Below are positions 1 through 11,829 of a stretch of DNA of 64,000 bases, in pieces (the first letter of the stretch is position 1; each line of letters starts with the position of its first letter). Under the pieces are notes generated by a model. That model searched no databases, had not been told where the DNA came from, and saw only the letters and a program-made list of their open reading frames with translations. Source of the DNA: Octopus vulgaris (Eukaryota); assembly GCA_951406725.2 (NCBI GenBank), contig OX597821.1, positions 116,250,001 through 116,314,000 of the forward strand. The letters are read 5' to 3'. Position numbers and translations under genes: made by a program.

Positions 1-321
1 TACTAGAAAAATACTAAATTTTCGCTTAGATCAGTCAAGGACATTTATTCCCTCAAAGATTAAGGAGATTATGGGGAATTGAGGGATCAAATGCCCTTAA
101 ATGATCTCAGCGAAAATTTAGCATTTTTCTACTAATTATATATAGCAACATTTTAACTCTCAGGCATTTTCAGTTTCCAGAAATTTTTATTTTCACTCCA
201 TCCTAATCTCAGTCTCTTTTATCAATGTTTGTTTAGTTGATTGAATGCATTCCATAATGGAGACGCATTACTAATTATATTAACAGCCAATCTTTTTCTT
301 TTCAATAAATCCTTCGTTGAT

Positions 322-714
322 TTATAATAATAATGAAATTATTGTATACAGTGCTCAGGTGCACCACAACCTGTCAAAAGTGCGTATAAAGCATATTGCA
401 GTAATGTACAAATGTCTGGAAAGTGAACAGTGTATGAGTCATATACATGCTTGCGTGTGTGTATGGAGGGAAGAAAATCAGGTGTAGTGTTGGCGAATCT
501 CAGGAAGCATGGAAGTTTTGAAGGATGCAGAGCTCCGACAACTAACAACTGATGCCGGCAGTCTGTTCCATACTTCAGCAACTCTTAGCGTGAAAAAATG
601 TTTCCGAAAGTCGTGGGAGCTGTGCTGTTTTCTGACTTTGTAAACATGTCCACGGGTGTTAGACAGGTGGAGTTTGAAAAGGTGCTCAGAGTTATTGTTT
701 GTAAGATGGTTGAT
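322..714 (-). mobile_element. 3' end of a CR1/L2-type LINE (RT C-terminus plus 3' UTR), 5'-truncated
   Basis: Hand translation of minus strand 714->478: INHLTNNNSEHLFKLHLSNTRGHVYKVRKQHSSHDFRKHFFTLRVAEVWNRLPASVVSCRSSASFKTSMLPEIRQHYT*. This matches the CR1 TRGH..K...R..FF..RV...WN.LP..VV...FK signature and ends in a short (ATT)n tail. Confidence 0.85.
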
Positions 715-761
715 ACTTTTCAGACTGTTTGTAACAATTAGATTATGTTAATGATGTAATT

Positions 762-965
762 AAGGTAGTGAGCTAGCAGAATCATTAACACATTGGACAA
801 AATACGAAGCAGCATTTCTTCAGGCTCTTTACGTTCTGAGTTCAAATTCTGCTGAGGTCAACTTTGCCATTCATCCCTTTGGGGTTGATAAAATTAAGTA
901 TCAGTCAAGTACTGTAGTTGATGTAATTGGCTTGTCCTTTCATCTCCAAAATTCTGACCTTGAAC
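762..965 (+). mobile_element. SINE family 1 (core GGTCGACTTTGCCTTTCATCC..GGGGTCGATAAA..AAGTACCAG), diverged copy
   Basis: Same head and core recur about 15 times in the window, e.g. 2860, 14575, 17040, 26770, 28005, 41560, 41877, 43610, 51616, 56280, 58285, 58866, 61700. Confidence 0.8.
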
Positions 966-1100
966 CTTGCAATACATCAACGTTCCGTTCAGGGTAAATG
1001 TTGTAATCTCGATTAATCCGATCATAATTTTTCCTGCATTTGTTATGGATATTATAAACCAGAAATACAACATAGCATAGTTGTAACCATTTCACTTAAA

Positions 1101-1525
1101 TCGTCATCGTCGTCGTCATCGTCATCGTCATCATCATCATCATCGTCATCGTCGTCGTCGTCGTCGTTTAACGTCCATTCTCCACGCTAGCATGGGTTGG
1201 ACAGTTCGACCAGGGTCTGGGAAGCCAGGAGGCTGCACCAGGCTCCAATCTTGATCTGGTAGTGTTTCTACAGCTGGATGCCCTTCCTAACGCCAACCAC
1301 TCCGTGAGTGTAGTGGGTGCTGTTTACGTGCCAGGGGAGGCTAGCAGGGCTCACGATCGGATGGTGCTTTTTACGTGCCACCGGCACAGGTGCCAGGGGA
1401 TGCTGGCACGATCGTTTGGTGCTTTTTATGTGCCACCGGCACAGAAGCCATTTTACGTGCCACCGGCACAGAAGCCATTCAAAGCAGCGCTGGCATCGGT
1501 CACGTTCGGATGGTGCTTTTTTATG
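1101..1525 (-). mobile_element. Solo 3' UTR fragment of RTE LINE family A with (GAT/GAC)n tail
   Basis: Homologous to the 3' UTR (4418-4955) of the RTE LINE at 4418-7742: terminal CCATGCTAGCATGG-type stem, GGAAGGGCATCCAGC motif and tandem GGTGGCACGTAAAAAGCACC units. Confidence 0.85.
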
Positions 1526-1907
1526 ACGATACTTCATATGGAGCTTCAAACTCGCCAGAAGCACTCATACATCTAACTGTACACACAAGAACGATTTCGA
1601 TTTAACCGATGTTAATTCTTCAATTAGAATCCAAATGATTAACAGATAATTGAATAACGTAGTCAGGAACAAGGAAGAGGAGTCTTGATTAACGAAACCT
1701 GAACAGTAAGAGATTTCCATGTTAATCTGGTTGAACATGAAGGAACGTTATTCATGAAAATAGATAATAAGTTATCTCCCTTACGTAATACTTTCGTTTT
1801 GCTTTCCGATGGCGTAACATAACTTTTGTGCTTCAGATGGTTGTTAGCTTGTCGCTGCTGGGGTAGATTGTTCGAAATAAATTTGACCAAGATTATTCTA
1901 TATTTAA

Positions 1908-2298
1908 CTAGCAGTATCGCCCGGCGTTGCTCGGGTTTGTTTCGACCCTTTAGAATTGGAATTTTTGAAAAGTAAATATTTTGCATTATATAGCTTGTTA
2001 TTCTCTTTAAGTGAACATTTTTCTGGTTGAAATACACCGAAAAATGGCGACACAGCAGTCAAAAAAGCGTAAAAAATAGGGATTTTCATAGAAAAAAAGT
2101 ACTTTTTGATGTAAATAATTTTTGGTGTTAACATGGTCTGATTTGAATTTTTTCTCCTACAGAAGGAAGAGCAAGCCTTCTTCTATCACATTCTCAATTT
2201 TGGTCAACTTGCGCCGCAGGGTCTCAGAGGAGATAGTGTTAGTTGAAGGCTACCAAACCTGCCATACACAGACAACTTCAGCTTTATATATAGAGAGA
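1908..2298 (-). mobile_element. Non-autonomous Helitron
   Basis: Minus strand begins TC(TCTCTATATATAAAG) and ends with hairpin CCCGAGCAACGCCGGG followed by CTAG. Inserted between A and T with no TSD. Second copy at 61154-61524. Confidence 0.85.
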
Positions 2299-2795
2299 TT
2301 TAATTTCCTGATTCCAATCTTTGCTTGAGATATATGTTCCATTGCACTGTACCTTACTGGTAAAAACTGGAATTCAATTACAAAGCAAGTTCTCAATCAA
2401 TATTTGAAGATAAGACACCTATAAACTTTCTCAAAGAATTGTAATTAATCCCTATTTTAACTTTATACATTTCCCCTATGCCTTGTAAACCTATGTCCAA
2501 AACCCTCTTTCCGTGTATATACTTCTGCATACACGCTAACAACATCTGTCACTCTTTGGTGATACATTTAACCACCAGTAAATGAATCTGGTTTTTCTGA
2601 CTCAAATTACTATCTTTGATGTCATACAAGGTGCACTTTTTACAAAAAAGTATCTCAGAAAGTCACCCTGGGTCCTGTATGTCAAGACAAGCTTCCCATG
2701 AGCTAGTTGTGTTCCTGACGCTCACAACCATCGCCTAGTTTTCATCCAGCAGCTCTCCCTTACTTAACCTAACTTGATAATAATATTTACTTAAA

Positions 2796-2797
<2 letters not shown>

Positions 2798-2859
<62 letters not shown>
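2798..2859. repeat. (ATT)n microsatellite
   Basis: Pure trinucleotide run. Confidence 0.95.
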
Positions 2860-2861
<2 letters not shown>

Positions 2862-3070
2862 GGTGCTGAGCTGGTAGAATCGTTAGCATGCTGGGCGAAA
2901 TGCTTAGCGGTATTTCATCTGCTGTTATGCTCTGAGTTCAAATTCTGCTGAGGTTGACTTTGCCTTTCATCCTTTCGGGGTCAATGAAATAAATACCAGT
3001 TACACACTGGGGTCAATGTAATCGACTTAATCCTCTGCCCCAAGCTGCCCTTCTGACAAAAATTTGAAAT
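2860..3070 (+). mobile_element. SINE family 1 copy
   Basis: AAGGTGCTGAGCTGGTAGAATCGTTAGC head plus the family 1 core. Confidence 0.8.
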
Positions 3071-3102
3071 TATTATTATGATATTATTATTATTATTATT
3101 AT

Positions 3103-3649
3103 TGAGTGAGAGAGCAGTGCATGCCATCAAAGTGACACTGGGGTAAAATATAAGAAGCCCAGTATACCCATCATGACTACCCGTCTGATAAGGGTACACC
3201 AGGCACATGCATCACAACCATATGTGCGCGACGTGATGATTTCATATCAAGATAAACAGCACATGACCTTGTAGGTGGGGCCCAGTTAGAATTTTCTTCT
3301 GGTCGAGTAACCCATCCTGCTCAAAAGGTCCCTGAGTAAGGGTTGTTTAAGGATGTTGAATGAAACACCCATGTTTCCAGAGGTGAATTATTCAAACCCC
3401 AAAGAATCCCTCTCAACACATGGCTATGATACTCCCCCACTACTTCTGCTCGTGATCAGAGATGCACATATCACCAGCCACTAAGGGACATGCTCAACTG
3501 GTTAAGGTCAAACAACTGACAAGCAAATCTGTGGTATTGAGCAGAATATTTGCTGTAGCCCATCTTTTATACCAAGACAAAACAAAGCCCATCTTTTATA
3601 CCAAGACAAAACAAAGCCCATCTTTTATACCAAGACAAAACAATTATTA

Positions 3650-3702
<53 letters not shown>

Positions 3703-4105
3703 GTGTGAGAGAGCAGCACACACTCCATTGCGTGAGAGAGCAGCACACACTCCAAAATGACGCTGGGGTACAAATATACAAAGCCCAATATACCCACCAT
3801 GACTACCCGTCTGATAAGAGTACATCAGGTACACGCATCACAACCATATGTGCATGACATGGTGACCTCATATTAAGATACACATAGCACATGCCCTTGC
3901 TAGTGGGGCCCAGTTAGAATTTCCATCAGGTTGAGTAGCTCATCTTGCTCAAAAGAATTCCTCTCAACACATGACTATGTTGTTCTCCCACTACTCCTGC
4001 TCATGATCAGAGATGTACATATTGTCAGCCACCAAGGGAAATGCTCAACTAGTTAAGGTCAAACAAATGACAAGCAAATCTGTGGTATTGAGCAGAATAT
4101 TTGCT
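3103..4105. repeat. Two tandem diverged copies (3103-3642, 3702-4105) of an unclassified ~500-bp interspersed repeat bounded by (ATT)n
   Basis: Both begin GTGAGAGAGCAG and share CATGACTACCCGTCTGATAAG, GGGGCCCAGTTAGAATT and GACAAGCAAATCTGTGGTATTGAGCAGAATATTTGCT. The second copy has an internal deletion. Confidence 0.75.
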
Positions 4106-4261
4106 TAGTGTAAAATAATATTTTCCCATGATGTCTTTTTCAAAATTATATTCTTGTCACCATGTAAAAAATATGAGAAGTAGATAAACTATACTCTTAA
4201 TTAAGCCTTCTGAGTGGATTTGGCAGACGGAAACTGAAAGAAGCCAATCATCTGTGTATTT

Positions 4262-4420
4262 GTGTGTGCATGTGTGTGTGTGTGTGTATGTGTGAGTGTG
4301 TATGCATGTATGTATGTATGTATGTATGTATGTATGTATGTATACATGTATGTATGTATGTATGTATGTATGTATGTATGTATGTATGCATGCATGCATG
4401 TATGTATGTATGTATGTATC
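4262..4420. repeat. (TG)n/(TATG)n compound microsatellite
   Basis: Direct inspection. Confidence 0.95.
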
Positions 4421-7400
4421 ATCATCATCATCATCATCATCGTTTAACGTCCATTATCCATGCTAGCATGGGTTGGACGGTTCGACCAGGGATCTGGGAA
4501 GCCAGAAGGCTGCACCAGGCTCCAGTCTTATCTGGCAATGTTTCTACAGCTGGATGCCCTTCCTAATGCCAACCACTCCGTGAGTGTAGTGGGTGCTTTT
4601 TACGTGCCACCAGCACGGAAGCCAGTCGAGGCGGTGCTGGCATCGGCCACGGTCGGATTGGTGCAATTTACGTGCCACCAGCACGGAAGCCAGTCGAGGC
4701 GGTGCTGGCATCGGCCACGATTCGGATAGTGCTTTTTACGTACCACCAGTCCAGGGGTCCTGGCATCTGCCGGGTGCCAGTCATAGGATTGGTTCAATTT
4801 CGATTTTGATTTCGATTTCACTTGCCCCAATATGTCTTCGCAAGCAAGGGGGTTGGCATGGGTGCCTGTCGTCGGATGAGGTTCGATATCGACTTCGCTT
4901 GCCTCAACAGGTCTTTGTGTCCAAGGGAGGAAAGGCATGCATAAGTGGGCTGGGCTCACTTGTCCTGCCTGGTCTTCTCACGTACAGCATATTTCCAAAG
5001 GTCTCGATCGCTGGTCATTTCCTCAGTGAGGCCTAAAGTTTGAAGGTTGTGCTTCACCACCTCGTCCCAGGTTTTCCTGGGTCTACCTCTTCCATGGGTT
5101 CCCTCAACTGCTAGGGATTGGCACTTTCTCACACACCTATCTTCATCCATTCTTGCCACATGACCATACCAGCGCAATCGTCTTTTTTGCACACCACAAC
5201 TGATGCTTCTTAGGTACAACATTTCTCTCAAGGTACTAACACTCTGTCAAGTATGTACACTGACATTACACATCCATCGGAGCATACTGGCTTCATTCCT
5301 CGCGAGCTTACGCATGTCCTCAGCAGTCATGGCCCATGTTTCACTGCCATGTAGCATGGCTGTTCGTACACATGCATCATACAGTTTGCCTTTTACTCTG
5401 AGCGAAAGGCCTTTAGTCACCAGCAGAGGTAAGAGCTCCCTAAACTTTTCCCAGGCTATTCTTATTCTAGCAGTTACACTTTCAAAGCACCCACCCCCAC
5501 TACTGACTTGGTCACCTAGATAACGGAAGCTATCAACTACTTCTAGTTTTTCCCCCTGGAAAGTGACGGAAGTTATTTTCTGCAGATTTTCGGAGGTTAA
5601 TGCTCCCGAGCATCTGCCACATACAAAAACTATCTTCCCAGTTAGCCTACCTTTGACATTGCTGCACCTCTTATGTGTCCATAGCTTACACCGGGTACAT
5701 CTTATAGAGTTTCTACCTACACCTTTTCTACAGATCGAGCAGGGCCATCTTCCTGAAGACATTTGTGGATTGTCTATCTTCCTACTTATTAGTACTTTGG
5801 TTTTAGCTAGGTTTCTAAACCCTCCTTCCACACCTGGAACTTCTCCTCCAGTTCTGATAGTGACTCAGCAATTAGAGCAAGGTCGTCAGCATAGAGGAGC
5901 TCCCAGGGGCAACCTGTCTTAAATTCTTCCGTAATTGCCTGGAGGACTATGATAAATAGGAGGGGGCTGAGTACTGAACCCTGGTGGACCCCAACCTCTA
6001 CTTTGAATCCTTCTGTGTACATGTTGCCAACCCTAACCTTACTTACGGCATCTCTGTACATGGCTTGCACAGCCCTCACCAGCCATTCATCTATCCCTAG
6101 TTTCCTCATTGACCACCAGATAAGGGATTGGGGGACCCTATCAAAGGCTTTCTCCATGTCAACGAAAGCCAGGTACAGGGGCTTATCTTTGGCTAGGTAT
6201 TTCTCCTGCAGCTGCGTTACCAGGAATATAGCATCAGTGGTACTTTTCCCTGGCACGAACCCAAACTGCATCTCATCTAAACTAACTCTCTCTCTAATTA
6301 GTTGGGCTATGACCCTCTCCATAACCTTCATTACCTGATCCAACAGCTTGATACCTCTGTAATTATTAGTATCTAGGGCATCACCTTTACCTTTGTAGCA
6401 GTTGACTAGTATGCTGCTACACCAGTCATTGGGTATGACTCCTTTGTGTATCACCTGGTTGACTATACGGGTGACTAGGTTATAGCTGACACTGCCAGAT
6501 ATTTTGAGCATCTCTGCAGTAATTCCTGATGGGCCTGGGGCTTTCCCTGTCTTCATGCTTCTAATTGCTTTAACTACCAAAGAATTTTCAACTCGGATGG
6601 CTGGTCCCTATGTTGGGTTGACATTCGGCAGACTCTCTTTATCCCATTCATTTTCTTTATTCAGCAACCTTTCATAGTGGCATTTCCAAACCTCTCTCTT
6701 TGCATCCTCATTTAGCGCAAGTGAACCATCATCCATGCGAACACACTTCTCTCCTACCACATCACGATTCTCTCTCACACACTGTCTTGCAACACGAAAT
6801 ACCTCAAGTCTTTCATCCTCACGGCTCAGAACATTGGCAAATTTTTTCTTATCCGCTTCCCCTCTGGCTAAATAATCCTGTCTCCTAGCTTCCCTTCTGG
6901 CTGTCTGATACAATTCCCTGCTACCACCGTTCTTCCAGTCCTTCCAAGCCTGTCTCTTTTGTCTAATAGCCCTGTCAACCACAGTGTTCCACCACCACGT
7001 TACTCTGGGTCGAGATGGTACTTTGCTCCATCCACAGATCTGGTCAGTGGCTGTCAGCAGATTGTCCCGTAAAAATCTCCAGTTGTCTTCCACTTTAAGT
7101 GAAGCTATATCCCCTTCTATTTCGTCAAAGGCTTCGAGTAGTATGTCTCTAAATCTCTGTCCATTTGCAGGATCTTTAAGCTTCCAGACCCTTCTCCTCC
7201 AAGCTGGTCTTCTTCTGGGCAAGCATTTAGCTCTGATCCTGAAGTCGCTAACTACTAATCTATGTTGAGGAGTACATTCTTCGCCTGGAAAGGTTTTGGC
7301 ATTTATAAGCAGCCCTCTTTCCCTTTTTCTGGCAAGGATGTAGTCAATCTGGCTAGTGTGTCTGCCAGAACGGTAGGTGACTAGGTGAGAGGTGGGTTTC

Positions 7401-7742
7401 CTGAAGTTGGTATTGCAGACCATAAGGTCATTTGCATCGCAGAACTCCAGCAGCCTGGTTCCCTCCTCATTACGAGAGCCAAAACCATAGTCTCCATGAA
7501 CGCCATGGAAGCCCCCGACATGCTGTCCAACATGTCCATTGAAATCACCTGCCACGAAGAGAAGGTCACTGTCATTTGTCAACGAGGTAGTCCGCAATAG
7601 GGTGTCATAGAATTGGTCTTTTTGTCCTTCCGGTAGCCCTGGTTGAGGGGCATATGCCGAGATGATGGTAGCTGACCTATGGTGAAGGACTAATCTAATT
7701 TTAATTACTCTGTCACTTACTCTGACTACCTCGATTATCTTT
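4418..7742 (-). mobile_element. RTE-clade LINE family A, 5'-truncated within the endonuclease, complete 3' UTR and (GAT)n tail
   Basis: APE motifs SAYAPQ, GDFNGHVG, SQIDYIL, QHRLV; RT motifs NYRGIKLL, FVDMEKAFDRV, GVHQGSVLSPLLF, LLYADD, FRYLG; C-terminal RLRWYGHV..RGRPRKTW. Confidence 0.95.
4956..7742 (-). pseudogene. Disrupted RTE ORF (APE-RT with internal PHD finger)
   Basis: ORF pieces 6608-7597, 5807-6580, 5247-5831 and 4956-5231 join into one protein. Lesions: in-frame TAG at 6608-6610, a frameshifting deletion near 5815, in-frame TGA at 5247-5249. Confidence 0.9.
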
Positions 7743-7849
7743 GTATGTATTAGTGCTTATATGCACCACAATTCTCTCATGGTAAATAATGCAGTATTTT
7801 GTATTCTAACATTATCCACTTTTAAGTGGGGATAACTATATATTTTTTA

Positions 7850-8060
7850 GCTTTTACTTGTTTCAGTCGTTTGACCATGGCCATGCTGGGGTTCCATCTT
7901 GGAGAGATTTTAGTTGACCCCAGTACTTATTGTTTTAAAGCCGAGTACTTATTCTATCAGTTTCTTTTATCGAACCACTAAGTTACAGGGAGATAAACAC
8001 ACCAATACCAGTTGTCAAGTGGTTGGGGTGGGGGACAAAGACACACACAGCACAGCACAG
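7850..8060 (-). mobile_element. 3' part of SINE family 2
   Basis: Reverse complement of the GTAACTTAG..GATAGAATAAGTA..CCAGCATGGCC..ACTGAAACAAGTAAAAG tail seen at 11402-11815. Confidence 0.75.
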
Positions 8061-8131
8061 ATATATATATACATGTATGTATGTGTGTGTGTGTGTGCGT
8101 GTATATATATATATATATATATATATCCATA

Positions 8132-8386
8132 TATCATCATCATCATTTAACGTCCGCTTTCCATGCTAGCATGGGTTGGACGGTTCAACTGGGGTCTGGA
8201 GAGCCCGAAGGCTGCACCAGGCCAGTCAGATCTGGCAGTGTTTCTACAGCTGGATGCCCTTCCTAACGCCAACCACTCCGAGAGTGTAGTGGGTGATTTT
8301 ATGTGCCACCGACACAGGTGCCAGACGAGGCTGGCGAACGGCCACGCTCGGATGGTGTTTTTATGTGCCACCGACACAAGTGCCAG
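8132..8386 (-). mobile_element. RTE family A 3' UTR fragment
   Basis: Same terminal stem and tandem units as 4418-4955. Confidence 0.85.
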
Positions 8387-8425
8387 ATATATATATATAT
8401 ATATATTAAAAATTTTAAAAATCAA

Positions 8426-8495
<70 letters not shown>

Positions 8496-8498
<3 letters not shown>

Positions 8499-10650
8499 GC
8501 CATGCTACATGGTAGTGAAACATGGGCCGTGACAGCTGAGGATATGCGTAAGCTTGCAAGAAATGAAGCCAGTATGCTCCGATGGATGTGTAATGTCAGT
8601 GTTCATAATCGTCAGAGTGTAAGTACTTTGAGAAAAAAGTTGAACCTAAGAAGTGTCAGTTGTGGTGTGCAAGAGAGACGGCTGCGCTGGTATGGTCATG
8701 TGACGAGAATGGCTGAAGATAGTTGTGTGCAAAAGTGCTACACCCTAGCAGTTGAGGGAACCTGTGGAAGAGGTAGACCCAGGAAAACCTGGGACGAGGT
8801 GGTGAAGCACGACCTTCGAACTTTAGGTCTCACCAAGGAAATGACTGAAGACCGAGTCCTATGGAAGTGTGCTGTGCATGAGAGGACCCGGCAGGACTAG
8901 TCAGGCCATATCCCGTGGCCCCTACCTGGGACGTAGTCGATCCACCTGTGCATACCTTCCTTCTTGTGACACTTGTGAAGACCTGCTGAGGCAAGTGAAA
9001 ATCAAATCAAAATAGATGAACATCAATGGAATTTGTATCTTTGTGGTACCAGTGCCTGTGGTACCAGTGCCTGTGGCACACAAGAAAACCATCCGAACGT
9101 GGCCGTAGCCAGTACCGCGTCGACTCGCCTCCGTGCTGTGGGAACATGGTGGCACATAAAAACACCATCCGAAGACCCGGCAAGACTAGTCAGGTCATAA
9201 CCCGTGGGCCCTACCTGGGACGTAGTCAGTCCACCTGTACATACCTTCCTTCTTGCGACACTTGTGAAGACCTGTTGAGGCAAGTGAAAATCAAAACAAA
9301 TCAAAATAGATGAACATCAATGGAATTTGTATCTTTGTGGTACCAGTGCCGGTGGCACACAAGAATCCATCCGAACGTGGCCGTAGTCAGTACCGCTTGT
9401 GGTACCAGTGCCGGTGGCACACAAGAATCCATCCGAACGTGGCCGTAGTCAGTACCGCATCACTGGCCATCGTGCTGTGGGCACATAACAAACACCATCC
9501 GGTCGTGGCCGTTCGCCAGCCTCATCTAGCACCTGTGTCGGTGGCACATAAAAAGTAGTCAGTACCGCTTGTGGTACCAGTGCCGGTGGCACACAAGAAT
9601 CCATCCGAACATGGCCGTAGTCAGTACCGCATCACTGGCCATCGTGCTGTGGGCACATAACAAACACCATCCGGTCGTGGCCGTTCGCCAGCCTCATCTA
9701 GCACCTGTGTCGGTGGCACATAAAAACACCATCCGAAGACCCGGCAAGACTAGTCAGGCCATAAACCATGGCCCCTACCTGGGACGTAGTCAGTCCACCT
9801 GTGCATACCTTCCTCCTTGTGATACTTGTGAAGGCCTGTTGAGGCAAGTGAAAATCAAAATCAAAATCAAATCAAAACAAATCAAAATAGATGAACATCA
9901 ATGGAATTTGTATCTTTGTGGTACCAGTGCCGGTGGCACACAAGAGAAAACCATCCGAAAGTGGCCGTAGCCAGTACCGCATCGACTGGCCTCCGTGCTG
10001 TGGGCACATGACAAACACCATCCGATCGTGGCCGTTCGCCAGCCTCATCTAGCACCTGTGTCGGTGGCACATAAAAACACCATCCGAAGACCCGGCAAGA
10101 CTAGTCAGGCCATAACCCATGGCCCCTACCTGGGACGTAGTCAGTCCACCTGTGCATACCTTCCTTCTTGTGATACTTGTGAAGACCTGTTGAGGCAAGT
10201 GAAAATCAAAATCAAAACAAATCAAAATAGATGAACATCAATGGAATCTGTATCTTTGTGGTACCAGTGCCGGTGGCACGTGGCACACAAGAAAACCATC
10301 CGAACGTGGCCGTAGCCAGTACCGCATCAACTGGCCTCCGTGCTGTGGGCACGTAACAAGCACCATCCGTTCGTGGCCGTTTGCCAGCCTCATCTGGCAC
10401 CTGTGTCGGTGGCACATAAAAACACCATCCGAGCGTGGCCGTTTGTCAGCCTCGTCTGGCACCTGTGTCGGTGGCACATAAAATCACCCACTACACTCTC
10501 GGAGTGGTTGGCGTTAGGAAGGGCATCCAATTGTAGAAACACTGCCAGATCTGACTGGACTGGTGCAGCTTTCGGGCTCCCCAGACCCCAGTTGAACCGT
10601 CCAACCCATGCTAGCATGGAAAGCGGACGTTAAATGAGCATGATGATGAT
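8496..10650 (+). mobile_element. RTE family A 3' fragment (ORF end 8496-8900) with tandemly reiterated 3' UTR
   Basis: TAMLHGSETW..RLRWYGHV..RGRPRKTW..RTRQD*. The UTR block starting GACCCGGCA(A/G)GACTAG recurs at ~8885, 9174, 9738 and 10089; ends in the terminal stem and (GAT)n. Confidence 0.9.
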
Positions 10651-10681
10651 ATATGTATGTATGTATATGTATGTATATATA

Positions 10682-10716
<35 letters not shown>

Positions 10717-11148
10717 ATATATATATATACACGCACACACACATACATACATGTATATATATATATCTGTGCTGTGCTGTGTGTGTCTTTGTCCCCCACC
10801 CCAACCACTTGACAACTGGTATTGGTGTGTTTATCTCCCTGTAACTTAGTGGTTCGATAAAAGAAACTGATAGAATAAGTCGGTGGCACATAAAAAATAC
10901 CATCCGAGCGTGGCCGTTTGTCAGCCTCGTCTGGCACCTGTGTCGGTGGCACATAAAATCACCCACTACACTCTCGGAGTGGTTGGCGTTAGGAAGGGCA
11001 TCCAGCTGTAGAAACACTGCCAGATCTGACTGGACTGGTGCAGCTTCGGGCTCCCCAGACCCCAGTTGAACCGTCCAACCCATGCTAGCATGGAAAGCGG
11101 ACGTTAAATGATGATGATGATATATGTATGTATATGTATGTATATATA

Positions 11149-11183
<35 letters not shown>

Positions 11184-11343
11184 ATATATATATATACACG
11201 CACACACACATACATACATGTATATATATATCTGTGCTGTGCTGTGTGTGTCTTTGTCCCCCACCCCAACCACTTGACAACTGGTATTGGTGTGTTTATC
11301 TCCCTGTAACTTAGTGGTTCGATAAAAGAAACTGATAGAATAA

Positions 11344-11345
<2 letters not shown>
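10400..11345 (+). repeat. Two tandem ~470-bp copies of a composite (RTE tail + microsatellite + SINE 2 piece), inverted relative to 7947-8386
   Basis: Shared junction sequence GGTTGGGGTGGGGGACAAAGACACACACAGCACAGCACAG (or its reverse complement) in all three copies. Confidence 0.85.
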
Positions 11346-11381
<36 letters not shown>

Positions 11382-11401
11382 ATGATGATGATGATATATA
11401 T

Positions 11402-11815
11402 AGGCATACGAGTGGCTGTGTGGTAGCTTGTTTACTAACCACATGGTTCCAGGTTCAGTCCCACGGCGTGGTACCTTGGGCAGGTGTCTTCTACTATAGC
11501 CTTGGGCCGACCAAAGCCTTGTGAGTGAATTTGGTAGATGGAAACTGAAAGAAGCCCATTGTATATATGTATATATATGTATATGCGTGTGCATGTGTAT
11601 ATGTTTGTGTGTCTGTGTTTGTCCCCCCCAACATTGCTTGACAACCGATGCTGGTGTGTTTACGTCTCCGTAACTTAGCGGTTCGGCAAAAGAGACTGAT
11701 AGAATAAGAACTAGGCCTACAAAGAATAAGTCCTGGAGTCGATTTGCTCGACTAAAGGCAGTGCTCCAGCATGGCCACAGTCAAATGACTGAAACAAGTA
11801 AAAGAGTAAAAGAGA
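11402..11815 (+). mobile_element. SINE family 2, full length (tRNA-like head, CCTTGGGCA(A/G)GTGTCTT core, internal TA/TG microsatellite)
   Basis: A-box-like TGGCTGTGTGG and B-box-like GGTTCAGTCCC. Further copies at 18185, 20150, 38850, 39870, 40135 and 53020. Confidence 0.85.
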
Positions 11816-11829
11816 TATGGTGGTTGTCT

